Notes: a model not told the origin generated them from the sequence alone. 63,886 nucleotides of DNA, filler included, from an uncultured bacterium (GCA_964632485.1; 4 parts of 4 records of this genome joined end to end with filler, not necessarily neighbours in it); one strand, 5' to 3'; shown: positions 52,060 to 62,356, counted from the first letter of the whole stretch. Translations and numbers: made by a program.

Positions 52060-52848
52060 TTAATGGTGAGTCGTTTCGGCTTGTTTTTTCTTCAATGCCG
52101 GTAAGAGTTGTCGGAGAACCCAGGCATTGTGGGGATTGATCGCCAGCGCTTTTTGGAAATCCGTGTTCGCCTGTTCTAATTGGTTGGTTTTTATATGCGC
52201 GATTCCCATCCAGGCATAGGCCTCATCGTGGCCCCATTCGGGCATTTGGGGACCGGCGCTTTGCCATGTATTGAAATAGCGAACGGCTGTTTCCAGTTGC
52301 TCTAAGGCTTTTGGGGCGCCACCCCCAAAGCTTTCAGGCTTATAATAACTGCTGATGCCGGCGATCAGCCAGGCGCGGGGATTCTCCGGTTCAAGTTTCA
52401 ATCCATTCTCGATCGCAGCGGACGATTTGGAACCGTAAAGCATAGCATTGAACATGTTGGTAATTTTTTGTCCATAAACCGACCCCAGCAGGCTGTACGC
52501 CTCGCTGCAAGCGGGATCGATCTCAATCGCTTTTTTTAACCGCTCGATGGCATCATCAATATGCTTCTCTTTCTGTTTTTCTGATTCTTTTGTAAAATAA
52601 AAGGAAATCAGCCGATAATCGGCCAACGCGACGTAATAATGGGCCCAGACACTCTTCGGCTGTGCGGTAGCTAATCGTTCGAAATAAGCGCGGGCCTTCA
52701 ATAAATCGGTCTCTTGCCATTTCCTGACCGCAAGGTTGAGTTCCTGTTTCCCGGCAATAATTAAGGAATCAAGGTTTTGAGCGTTGATGCGGGATGGTCC
52801 GATCAGTATCGATAGTAAACTGATCAATAGCGCCAGATAGTATTGCAT
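52060..52848 (-). CDS. Exported TPR-repeat protein
   Basis: Signal peptide after GAGGAG; KAIEIDP, LKLEPENPRA, KALAINP TPR turns. Confidence 0.8.
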   Translation of the reverse strand: MQYYLALLISLLSILIGPSRINAQNLDSLIIAGKQELNLAVRKWQETDLLKARAYFERLATAQPKSVWAHYYVALADYRLISFYFTKESEKQKEKHIDDAIERLKKAIEIDPACSEAYSLLGSVYGQKITNMFNAMLYGSKSSAAIENGLKLEPENPRAWLIAGISSYYKPESFGGGAPKALEQLETAVRYFNTWQSAGPQMPEWGHDEAYAWMGIAHIKTNQLEQANTDFQKALAINPHNAWVLRQLLPALKKKQAETTHH

Positions 52849-52885
52849 AATTTTCTCCTCGGTGTCGGGTTTAAATATAATACAA

Positions 52886-55060
52886 TCAGCGATTAAACAC
52901 AAGGCCAAAATAGATGGATCGGCGAAAAGCGCTTTTGACGGCAATTCGTTGGCTGTAATCGTCTGAATAGGCGTAGTCGAGTATGTTGTCGCGGTTAAAT
53001 AGATTGGCGATTGCCAGGTAGAGAATAGTCATGTTGCCGGGAAAAAGACTCACGATGTACTGGATAGTGAGATCGGTTTTAGAATAGGCAGGCACCCGGT
53101 CATCATGATAGGTAGTGGGTGAAGAGCTATAGGGTTTCCCGGTCGCATAGCGATATCCGCCGCCGAAACTCCAGTTTTCATTCAGATCGTAATTGATCAC
53201 CAGATTCAGATTATGTGTGATATCGAAGAGGGGCGATGTAGCGTGGGGGCTGTTCCGCCATCGCCGCCGGGCGTGAAGGTAGCTGTAGGAAATGCGCGTG
53301 GAAAGAGCGCCGAATGATTCTTTGAGAAATGCATCCACTCCCCAGGCATGGCCATTGCCGTCGGAAGTGTAATTGACGGATTCAGATTCGAGAGGTAAAT
53401 GACGGTAATCTTTGTAGTAGCTTTCCAGTCGCAGCATCCGGTCATCTCGCGCATAGGAATATCCGGCAATGTAGTGGATAGCCTTTGCGGGCGCTAAATC
53501 GGGATTGCCGATATCGGGATCGGTCAGCCAGTGATCGGGGGATTGATGATAAAGTCCGGTGGCCAGCGTGAAGACTGAGCGCGTCGCGATCGAGTAATTT
53601 ACAGACAGACGGGGTTCCGCGCGATATTGATGATCAGGATATGTCGTTTCAAGTCGGAAGCCGGGCGTAATCGTCGCTTTTGGATTCAATTTCCATTCGA
53701 TTTCGCTAAATCCCCAGCTATCGAAAGAATGATGATCAATACTCAGAGTATAGACGGCGGCGAATGGATTCAGATCATTTTGCGTATAGGGGACCTGACC
53801 GTAATTTTGGGATTGTTCCAGCCAACCGCCTCCTCCGGCGCGGAACAGTAGTTTTGACCTCAGACGTCGTTCAGCATGGATCGTGAATTGTCCCGAGCGG
53901 TCATGCTGGTCCAGTTCCATGACGGCCATACTTTTTTGCTGTTCGGTCAGTTCATAGCAGAGATTGCTTTCGATAAACCAGCGGCCGGCAAGTCCGCGAT
54001 AACCCAGGTTGATTATCCGGTTGACGGTTTTTCCCGCGTATTCGCCGCTGTGTACGGGATCATCCACTGCGACGCCCACCTGATCGCTTTCCATGAACAG
54101 AAACAATTTGATCTGGTGATTGGGATGCGGTTTGAATACCAGATTGAGATTGACATCGCTTGAAGCCGGAAAACTGGAAAAACTTCGACGGGAATGGTTG
54201 AAGCGGAAAAGGGCGCCGGTGTGGCTGAGATTTCCGGAAAAAGAGAACCCTAATTTGTCGTTGATCAGGGGGACGCGCGCCATGGCGGAAAAAGCCGCCA
54301 ATCCGAGTCCCAGGCTGAAGTGGGTTTTTGTGGGTAAATCGAGGGATTCCATGGCGAGAACGCCGGAAAGAGCATTGCCATAACGCGCCGAGTAACCGCC
54401 GCTGGAAAAATAGCTGCCTTTAAGCAGGAATGGCGTAAACGCGCCGAAAAAACCGCCGGTGGGCGATTCAAATTTGTAGGGATGGGATATCCGGGCGCCA
54501 TCGAGCAAAATTACTGTTTCGCTCATTTCTCCGCCTCGCACGAAAAGTCCAGCGCCTTCATCCACTTGCTGTAAACCAGGATACGATTTAATCGCCCAGA
54601 AAACGTCTGCGGCCGCGCCGGGGGTTCTCACTATTTCCAATGAGTTGAGAGTTACTCCGTTGGTATCCGCGGTTATGAACGAGGAAGCCGTTACCGTCAT
54701 CGGCTGGGACTCGAAAACAATCTCCCGTAAACGGATGGAGCGTTCCAATATCCTTTCGGCTAAAGGCGTTAATCGCTCTGAAAAGGACTCATAACCCATA
54801 TAGGCGCATAGTAAAGTGCATCCGGAATTTATGGGATCGATTGGGCAAACCAATTCAAATCGACCGTTCTCATCGCTCATCACGCCGTTCATGGTTTCCT
54901 GAATAAAAATATTGGCATAGGCCAACGGCTGATTCTCCTCACCGACGATTTGTCCGCGGATAATCAATGAATCGGACTGGGTATTACCGATACAGGGATT
55001 GAAATGACCTGCCAGGGAGAGGATTAAAAAAATATGGACGATCACAGACAGCTTAACCAT
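52886..55060 (-). CDS. TonB-dependent receptor with carboxypeptidase-regulatory-like N-domain
   Basis: PLAYANI..SDENGRFEL; LFVRGG..LLDG; GGYSARYGNALSG; EPRLS; NLFNRDN. Confidence 0.9.
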   Translation of the reverse strand: MVKLSVIVHIFLILSLAGHFNPCIGNTQSDSLIIRGQIVGEENQPLAYANIFIQETMNGVMSDENGRFELVCPIDPINSGCTLLCAYMGYESFSERLTPLAERILERSIRLREIVFESQPMTVTASSFITADTNGVTLNSLEIVRTPGAAADVFWAIKSYPGLQQVDEGAGLFVRGGEMSETVILLDGARISHPYKFESPTGGFFGAFTPFLLKGSYFSSGGYSARYGNALSGVLAMESLDLPTKTHFSLGLGLAAFSAMARVPLINDKLGFSFSGNLSHTGALFRFNHSRRSFSSFPASSDVNLNLVFKPHPNHQIKLFLFMESDQVGVAVDDPVHSGEYAGKTVNRIINLGYRGLAGRWFIESNLCYELTEQQKSMAVMELDQHDRSGQFTIHAERRLRSKLLFRAGGGGWLEQSQNYGQVPYTQNDLNPFAAVYTLSIDHHSFDSWGFSEIEWKLNPKATITPGFRLETTYPDHQYRAEPRLSVNYSIATRSVFTLATGLYHQSPDHWLTDPDIGNPDLAPAKAIHYIAGYSYARDDRMLRLESYYKDYRHLPLESESVNYTSDGNGHAWGVDAFLKESFGALSTRISYSYLHARRRWRNSPHATSPLFDITHNLNLVINYDLNENWSFGGGYRYATGKPYSSSPTTYHDDRVPAYSKTDLTIQYIVSLFPGNMTILYLAIANLFNRDNILDYAYSDDYSQRIAVKSAFRRSIYFGLVFNR

Positions 55061-55209
55061 GGGTTCCTCCTCAGGTTGAATGGATCAGTTCGTTGTGAAC
55101 GAGGGTAAAATAATTGATAGGATGGCCTAAGGCAAGAGCCAATCGGTGAATGGCTGATGGGATCGGTGAATAGTATTTTCTGCGCGGTGACTGAACAGCG
55201 TTTCCGATT

Positions 55210-55400
55210 TCAGGGACGGTTTTCGGTCGTCGTATTACATATTCCGGCGAAAGGCAAATGATGCTGCCGGGCGATTTTGTAGCGGTTGTGGCCGTCAATG
55301 ATAATATAGCTCTCGGAGTTGGCCCATATATTTAACGGAGTCAAGATGCTGTTGGTTAAAATATACTCTTCGAGTCTGCTAAATTCCGCTTCCGAAGCGA
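55210..55400 (-). pseudogene. ParB-like domain fragment
   Basis: EFSRLEEYIL..PLNIW..IIIDGHNRYKIA motif; no intact gene. Confidence 0.6.
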
Positions 55401-55548
55401 AGGCAGCGGGAACGCAAATTCCGGATCGATGACAATGGATTGAGGATCGATTGCATTCTCGGGCTTGTTTTGGTCGTTTTTCATAAACTGCTCCTTTTTT
55501 CAGCAGGATAACGGGCGCGTTAATTTTTATTAACAATAAAAAAAAAAC

Positions 55549-55577
55549 TTGACAAATGAGCTTGGGCAATGTATAAT
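55549..55577 (+). promoter_or_regulatory. Consensus sigma70 promoter within a repeated ~65-bp element
   Basis: TTGACA-N17-TATAAT; identical core at 62000-62028. Confidence 0.75.
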
Positions 55578-55811
55578 AATCTTAATGAAATCATGGGAAG
55601 TTTATGACGCCGTTACATTGACGGTGCGACAGCGTTGGAAAAGGTTAGACATCAATTGAATAGGATAAAACCCGTAATTTGTATTCAGCTATAGAAAAAT
55701 ATAAACAATTGTTCATATCCCTCCAATTTGGCTGTATAAGAACAACAATTATACACAAACGTTGGGCGAAAGGCAGAGCGCCTCTTCCTCTGGGAGAGGG
55801 CAGGGAGAGGG

Positions 55812-56046
55812 TGTCCATTACCAGGACACCAAAGGCTTCTGCAATTCGGCCAGTATCGAACGTGTAAAAGAACTGGATTATGCGCTGACTCCGGGCAGAC
55901 ATGTTGGCCTTCCTGATGACGAAGACGATTTTAATTTTAATGATCGGTTCAGTAGCCTTAAAGCCGAGTTCGACGCGCAGTTGAAGGAAGAAACAGAGTT
56001 GAACAAGCTTATACTGGAAAATCTCAAGAAGGTGAAGCTGGTATGA
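55812..56046 (+). pseudogene. Type I R-M methyltransferase (HsdM) C-terminal fragment
   Basis: YQDTKGFCNSA..DYALTPGRHVG..F..L..Q..L...I.ENL. Confidence 0.8.
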
Positions 56047-56127
56047 AAGTAAATTACAGATTTTCTTATTTTACTTTTCTATATTTAAGTAAAATAAAAT
56101 ACATTGTCTTTTACTTTGGAGAACAAT

Positions 56128-56763
56128 ATGAATATAAAGGATTTTAAGGCTGGCAGCTACAAAAAAGGGCTTGAATACCAGTATTTTTTGCCCCAAAAAT
56201 AAATCATTCATTTGTATGGACAGATGAAGGCATCAATGATTTTTTGGAGAAAGCTTCTTTCAAATTGGGTGAATTAAACTCCTTTTCCCGTCTGGTTCCG
56301 GATACGGATATGTTCATTATCATGCATATTTTTAAAGAAGCGGTAGTTTCAAGCCGGATTGAAGGAACACAGACCAACATCGAAGAAGCGTTTATCGACG
56401 AGAAAGATATAAATCCCGAAAAACGATCTCGCCCAATGGCTCAGGTTCTTTTTGACCGGAGTGATTGTCACGGCTGAAAATTCAGTTGAAACCCTTCGGA
56501 AAATAATTGAACTGAAGGCGCGCATTGAAAAAGGGCACATCATGATTATGGGTAAACGTTCAAAACAGGCTCTTGAGCTTTTTCATCATTTATTCAGGAA
56601 GCCGGTAATCAGTGTCAGCGACGCGCAGAAGATGACGGCCCTTTCACCTAAAGCAGCAAATGAACTGGTGCGGATATTTGTTGAAATGAAAATTTTGCGG
56701 GAAACAACCGGGTATCAGCGGAACAGGGTTTTTGTTTTTGATGAGTATATGAGGATGTTTTGA
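56128..56763 (+). pseudogene. Fic-family protein, frameshifted and internally deleted
   Basis: KEAVVSSRIEGTQ N-terminal motif and ETTGYQRNRVF C-terminal HTH end; catalytic HPFxDGNGR region missing. Confidence 0.8.
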
Positions 56764-56785
56764 AATGAAAGAAGGTGAAGCTGGC

Positions 56786-56896
56786 ATGAGTGATTGGAAG
56801 GAATGCAAGCTTGGCGAAGTTATTTATTCCAGTGTGTCTAGTATAACTGCAAATTATCCTCATAAAACAATCAAGTATCTTGATACTGGGTCTTGA
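56786..56896 (+). pseudogene. Type I R-M specificity subunit (HsdS) N-terminal fragment
   Basis: MSDWKECKLGEV...YLDTGS*. Confidence 0.7.
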
Positions 56897-56971
56897 AAAC
56901 GGAAGAAAACGATACATTGATGGAGTAGCGGCCTTATCTCAAGCCTTTTCAATTAACAGAGGAGTAATAAC

Positions 56972-57565
56972 ATGAGCAAGGAAAAAAACATTGATGGAGT
57001 AGCGGCCTTATCTCAAGCCTTTTCAATAGCGATACCCCATGAACAGGCTATGGACGTTAAAGATGAAGTAGCCTTTTTTCAGGCGGTAAAATCACGGCTT
57101 GTCAAGTTTGACAGTACTGGCTCTGGAAAAACTGACGAGGAAGTTGAAACTGATATAATCAAGAATTCAGTTAATCGACCGGTTTTTACTCCAGAGAAAA
57201 TAGATTCTTTATCTCCAAGTGAAATATTTGTATTTGGGAGCAACTTAGCTGGACATCACGTAGGAGGAGCCGCAAGGACAGCATTAAATAAATTTGGCGC
57301 TGTATATGGGCAGGGAGTCGGTTTGCAAGGTCAGAGTTATGCTATTCCAACTATGCAAGGAGGTGTAGAAACGATAGCTCCTTATGTAGATGAATTTATC
57401 AGTTATGCTAAAAATCATTCAGAAAATTTTTTCTATGTTACCAGAATTGGATGTGGAATTGCAGGATTTAGCGACCAGCAAATAGCTCCGCTTTTCAAAA
57501 AAGCATTGGAGTTGAAAAATGTTTGCCTTCCAGAATATTTTGTCAGTTTGCTGAATAAGCCATAA
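56972..57565 (+). CDS. Chimeric ORF: HsdR internal fragment fused to a macrodomain-like (FVFGSNLAG) domain
   Basis: ALSQAFSIAIPH..DEVAFFQAVKSRL resembles the HsdR C-terminal region; FTPE..EIFVFGSNLAGHH.GGAA..SYAIPT..VTRIGCGIAG. Confidence 0.7.
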   Translation: MSKEKNIDGVAALSQAFSIAIPHEQAMDVKDEVAFFQAVKSRLVKFDSTGSGKTDEEVETDIIKNSVNRPVFTPEKIDSLSPSEIFVFGSNLAGHHVGGAARTALNKFGAVYGQGVGLQGQSYAIPTMQGGVETIAPYVDEFISYAKNHSENFFYVTRIGCGIAGFSDQQIAPLFKKALELKNVCLPEYFVSLLNKP

Positions 57566-57889
57566 ATAAAGGAAAGTCAAAAGTTGAGAGAATATGGTCA
57601 GGTTAGAACATTAGCCCTGCAATCCCCGGCTTCCTCTAATCGATGTTGTCCGCTTCAACTAAATCAGCTCAGTTGAATCGGCTTGAAGAGCATGGCCGAT
57701 ATCACGCGGAGGTTGCAGGCGATCACACTCCACAACACCTTGGACTCGAACCGCTGCCGTCCTTTCCAGACGCATCGACGCAGCTCAAATCGTCGTTTGA
57801 TATTCGATAGCGCGCCTTCAATGCCGCTCCGCCATTTCTTCATCTGAATTTTTCGCGCTCTTTTGTGTTTCTTGGGCTAAAGGTGATTT

Positions 57890-58520
57890 ATGAATGAACT
57901 GAAGTTACCAAGAGAAACATACGTAAACAAGTTTATTGCCAGGACCAAGTTTTACGAGAAAGCCAATCTGAACGCCAAGTTACAGAAGGAGTTTATCGAT
58001 AAGATTCAACAGATCACCTGGGAATATTTGCTGGCAGAAAGCACTATAGGTATTGCCAAAACAGAGGCGGTTACTGAAATACAGATTTTTGAAATTGAGC
58101 TGAAAGAGCAGATGATACCAAAGAATGTCTTGAAGGTCATCGATAAAAGTATTCCCTATCAGATACTCTACCGCTTTGTTTATGAAGATAATATCGCCTG
58201 CGGCATTACTTTAAAAGCCGATATCAGCGTGGAAAATTACTATTTTTGTGATTGGAATGAGGATATTAGCTTTAATTTTACCGGGATAGACCTTGAAAAA
58301 GTCTATCAGAAACTGGTGAAAGCCTTTATCCGAGATGAAGCGCGAAGCAAAGTCAGTTTTAGTGAGGTAATCGATGTCGATAATAAAATCAAAACGCCGG
58401 AAGCAGAGATTGCGCTTTGGAAAGCAAGATAAGCAAAGAAAAACAGTTTAACCGCAAGATTGAAATAAACAAGGTACTGCTTGAGAAGAAAGCGATGCTT
58501 AAAAGAATGGTGAATGATGA
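57890..58520 (+). pseudogene. DUF4391-family protein, frameshifted near the C-terminus
   Basis: VNKFI.RTKFYE..EIQIFEIELK..IDKSIPY; expected KEKQFNRKIEIN tail lies in another frame after 58432. Confidence 0.7.
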
Positions 58521-58752
58521 ATTTGTTTTGCTATACATTAATTGATCAGATGGTTAAATAAAATGAAACAGCGTCTGGCGCGATATCAAACTGACATAAT
58601 CGGTTAAAAAAGAGAAAATTATAAAATCAACCGGTTCGTTTAAATTTGTACTTGACTTGTTATCCATTTTTTATTATATAATTAAAAACTTGTTCTCCGT
58701 TTTCCGATGAACCAATATAGGATAGTGCAGATTTAACCGAAAGCAAACTGCA

Positions 58753-59374
58753 ATGGGCATGCCTGATCGTATCCAGATTCAGAGCATTCAGAAAGATGGT
58801 ATTCGAGAATTGATAGTTAGATTCGGATATCGTGAAGATTGGATTAATATAATCAGGTCAATACCGGGACGATATTGGGATTCCCATGAAAAGGCTTGGC
58901 ATATTTCCAACACTTCAGAAAACATGAATATATTAATGAAATCGTTCGGTGATAGAATAGATTTTAGTGGAACCAAGACTTTTGAGTTCCGCCAATCAGT
59001 AAATCAGTCGAGTATAGAAAATAAAAAAAACAAAACAATCGATGGACGCATCCCGGATCAGTATATTGAAATGCTGAAAATGAAACGATATAGCGCCCAT
59101 ACTGTTTGAGGGACAGAAAGGCGGGAAATACAGCAGTAAATCGGTACAAAAGATATTTCAGACAGCATTGTTGAAATCAGGAATAAAGAAACATGCCAGT
59201 GTTCATACTCTGAGGCATAGTTTCGCGACACATCTGCTTGAACATGGTACAGATTTACGTTATATTCAGGAACTGCTAGGACACAAGAATTCAAAAACAA
59301 CCGAGATTTATACACATGTAACAAAAAAGGGACTTGAAAAAATAGATAGTCCGATTGATCATTTAAAACTGTAA
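58753..59374 (+). pseudogene. Tyrosine recombinase (integron-integrase-like), internally deleted
   Basis: N-terminal ..[11 protein letters not shown] joins out of frame to [46 protein letters not shown]; middle is missing. Confidence 0.85.
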
Positions 59375-59474
59375 AAGGTAGACATAAACTTCCAAATTTG
59401 GAGTTTATGTCTACCTTTTAGCGAGGCTAAAGTAAAAATATGTCTACTTTGAGACTTATACAACCGTTATCGGC
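59373..59474 (+). promoter_or_regulatory. Putative attI-like region
   Basis: 18-bp perfect IR (59373-59390 / 59402-59419), a further TATGTCTAC copy, then core site GTTATCGGC at 59466. Confidence 0.55.
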
Positions 59475-59523
59475 AAGGGCTGGGTTTGCTTTGACATAAC
59501 CAATATGATATTGAGGATAAAAA

Positions 59524-60711
59524 TTGAAAAATTTTGGAATAATAATTGGCGGATTTCTTCTTTCCTTTTCTGGTGGTGCAACCTATTCATGGGGTGTTTT
59601 TACAATTCCTCTGATGGAACTTTTTGGCTGGAACAAGTTTGAGGCAAATTTTTCTTTTACCGTTTTCATGCTGGTTTTTTCCCTGTGCATGCTACCCGCT
59701 GGGATGGCAGCAGATCGTTTTGGTTATCGGCTCATTGCTCGAGTTGGCTCAATTTTGTTTCTACCCGCATACCTTTTAGCATCGCTTGTCGGGATCGTTG
59801 GTCATACCTGGTGGCTCCCAATGACGCATGGGCTGCTGGGAGGAATCGGCTGTGCCTGTGTATATTCGGTTATCGCTCCCGCAATCCGTTCTCATGTTGA
59901 TAAGAATACATCTCTGGCTGTTTCAGTAGCCGTAATGGGATTTGGCCTTGCCTCGGTGTTTCTCGCACCGGTCAAAGCCAACCTGCTGATTACTGGACTG
60001 AGTGTCCCAAGTATACTGGCACTGATGGGGCTTATAGTTTTTGCCCTTTCGTTTTCCGCATCATTTCTGATGCCGGATAAAAACAAAGGAAAGATTGTTG
60101 TTCCTGTTATACCATTGAGTAAAGCAAGAGAAACATTGGGAAACATGAAATTTTATATGCTATGGTTTGTCTTTGCCTTTTCCGTAGTCGGGGGATTTCT
60201 TAGCATAGGACTTTTTCCATCTTTCGCAAGAATAGAGATTAATGCGGACCCGCCTTTTGCCGCTCTCGTGGTTTCCGTGTTCTCTGCCGTAAATGGATTT
60301 GGTCGACCCGTTGCCGGTTTTTTTTCAGAAAAGATTGGATTTTCAAAGATTTTGCTGGTTTCTGGCATCTTTCAGTTTCTTTTTCTTTTACTTCTAGGGA
60401 TAATGCCCTCTTCGGCTATTTTATTAATTGTTGTTTCTGCGGTTACTGGTTGGTCCTTCGCGGTTATACTTGGGCTGTTTCCATCTTTTACTGCTTCCGT
60501 TTTGGGAAGCGGAAACCTGGGTACAAAGTACGGCATGGTATTTACTGGTTTCGGCCTTGGTGCGCTGGCTCTATTGGGTGGGAGTCTTCTTTATGATTTA
60601 AACGGTAGTTTCCGGCCTGCATTTCTGTTAGCGGCGGTAGCATCACTTATTTCGGTTGTAATTCTGTTGCTCTTACTTTATTTTCATAAAGAGAAGCGGC
60701 AGGTCTCATGA
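59524..60711 (+). CDS. MFS transporter, OFA (oxalate/formate antiporter)-like; gene cassette 1
   Basis: About 12 TM helices, YSWGVF, GMAADRFG, NGFGRP. Confidence 0.88.
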   Translation: MKNFGIIIGGFLLSFSGGATYSWGVFTIPLMELFGWNKFEANFSFTVFMLVFSLCMLPAGMAADRFGYRLIARVGSILFLPAYLLASLVGIVGHTWWLPMTHGLLGGIGCACVYSVIAPAIRSHVDKNTSLAVSVAVMGFGLASVFLAPVKANLLITGLSVPSILALMGLIVFALSFSASFLMPDKNKGKIVVPVIPLSKARETLGNMKFYMLWFVFAFSVVGGFLSIGLFPSFARIEINADPPFAALVVSVFSAVNGFGRPVAGFFSEKIGFSKILLVSGIFQFLFLLLLGIMPSSAILLIVVSAVTGWSFAVILGLFPSFTASVLGSGNLGTKYGMVFTGFGLGALALLGGSLLYDLNGSFRPAFLLAAVASLISVVILLLLLYFHKEKRQVS

Positions 60712-60782
60712 TTCTGGAATATTTTAAAAGCTAGTAATTACGATTTCGGTAGATTAAGGTTGCAAATAATCACCCAGCTCCA

Positions 60783-60879
60783 GCCGATAACAGCGAGTAC
60801 CCGACTACGGCAATTCGGCCTCCGTCCAAATTGGCTCCCGTAGGTCGCCAACTTCGGGTACTCGCCGGACGTTATGCGG
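60783..60879 (+). mobile_element. attC-like recombination site 1
   Basis: GCCGATAAC...GTTATGCGG ends; inner 12-bp perfect IR GCGAGTACCCGA/TCGGGTACTCGC. Confidence 0.8.
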
Positions 60880-60902
60880 CATTTTAAAACGACACCCTAA
60901 AA

Positions 60903-61544
60903 ATGAAAATTAGACCAGAGGAATTAACAGAAAACGGTTATGTTCTGATTGATAAGTTAGGACATAAAGAACTTGTGCCTTTCATAAGGAGCTATATAAA
61001 AAAACCGACAAAATATTCAGTGTTTTATTACCTAAGTAACTTCATTGTTTTTGGACTTGTTGGATACTTTTTTGTGCAAGGTTACAACTTACCAAACTAT
61101 AGTTTTGGTGACCGTTTTACTCATTTTTCATATGGACTTGCAATTGCATTTGCCTTGCTCCCATTGCACGAATACATTCACGTTTTAGCATACAAATCCC
61201 AAGGTGCGACAAATACTTCGTATGACGCTAACCTGAAAAAATTCTACTTTATGGCGTTGGCAGATAAGTTTGTGGCGAGTAAGAAAGAATTTGAAGTAGT
61301 TGCACTAGCTCCATTTATCATTATAACTTCTTTATTGATAGTTATGTTTTTTATGGTTAATGCAAATTGGATGTTGACTATTTCTAGTGTTTTACTTGCA
61401 CACACAGCTATGTGCTCAGGTGACTTTGGACTTTTGAGCTACTTCGAATTCAACAAGAAAAAACAAGTTGTAACCTATGATGATATTGAAAACAAGATTT
61501 CATACTTCTATGGGCACATTGACGAAAGAAAAACGACCGCATAA
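60903..61544 (+). CDS. Membrane zinc-metalloprotease-like protein (DUF3267-like); gene cassette 2
   Basis: LHEYIH HExxH, ALAPF, H..C.GDF; stop codon lies in the attC TAAC. Confidence 0.75.
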   Translation: MKIRPEELTENGYVLIDKLGHKELVPFIRSYIKKPTKYSVFYYLSNFIVFGLVGYFFVQGYNLPNYSFGDRFTHFSYGLAIAFALLPLHEYIHVLAYKSQGATNTSYDANLKKFYFMALADKFVASKKEFEVVALAPFIIITSLLIVMFFMVNANWMLTISSVLLAHTAMCSGDFGLLSYFEFNKKKQVVTYDDIENKISYFYGHIDERKTTA

Positions 61545-61669
61545 CACGCGGTATAAAACATTGGGGGTGAAATTGTTAAGTTAAGTTTCTGCCTCGCATG
61601 AAGTTTGGTGTATTTCTGAAGGAAAGTGGTTTCGAAGTCCCCAACGTTTCATACCGCCAACCGTTGTGT
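61537..61669 (+). mobile_element. attC-like recombination site 2
   Basis: CCGCATAAC...GTTGTGT ends; inner IR 61548-61566 / 61639-61657 (17 of 19 match). Confidence 0.8.
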
Positions 61670-61763
61670 GAAAGGCAGAGCGCCAAGACAGTGAAAAGGA
61701 AAATGAACTGATGATAAATACATTTCTTAACCCCGCCCCAAGAACGCCCGCCGTCCATGGCGG

Positions 61764-61863
61764 NNNNNNNNNNNNNNNNNNNNNNNNNNNNNNNNNNNNN
61801 NNNNNNNTTAATTAATTAANNNNNNNNNNNNNNNNNNNNNNNNNNNNNNNNNNNNNNNNNNNN
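61764..61863. other. Assembly contig junction
   Basis: N spacer with TTAATTAATTAA linker. Confidence 0.97.
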
Positions 61864-61999
61864 ACTCTGGTTTACAAATTGGTGTCAAATTAATTTCCAA
61901 GAGTTCAGGTTCTCTGACTTTATCCTGGAATTGCACTGTCTCAGAGGACGTACATCGGAATAAAACAACAGTAAAATAAAATTGGAGTTGAAAAAAAAC

Positions 62000-62028
62000 T
62001 TGACAAATGAGCTTGGGCAATGTATAAT
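62000..62028 (+). promoter_or_regulatory. Consensus sigma70 promoter, second copy of the repeated element
   Basis: TTGACA-AATGAGCTTGGGCAATG-TATAAT. Confidence 0.75.
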
Positions 62029-62049
62029 ACTCTCTAATAAAATCATGGG

Positions 62050-62235
62050 AAGTTTGCAGCCGGAAATTTCCCGTTTAACTTTGGCCATGCGAATATCACG
62101 TTCAGCCAGATTGTTGTCGAAAGGATCGCGCCAATCATCCATGAAGCGCAGGATTTCGGTTCGGTAGTTGCATAACCGGTTGAGAGAGTGAGCTCTGAGT
62201 TTAATTTCGGGCTCTTTCGGAGAAACAGACGCCAC
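62050..62235 (-). pseudogene. IS66-family transposase fragment
   Basis: ILRFMDD..PFDNNLAERDIRMAKVKREISGC. Confidence 0.8.
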
Positions 62236-62356
62236 ATGGCGAAAAATGAACTGTATTTTACGTCTATATATAGTATGGCGCGTATCTCATCGTTATTCAA
62301 CATCCCCGCGTTCGTTGAGCAATGGGAGTGACAGTCAACCAATGAGAGGTCAAAAG

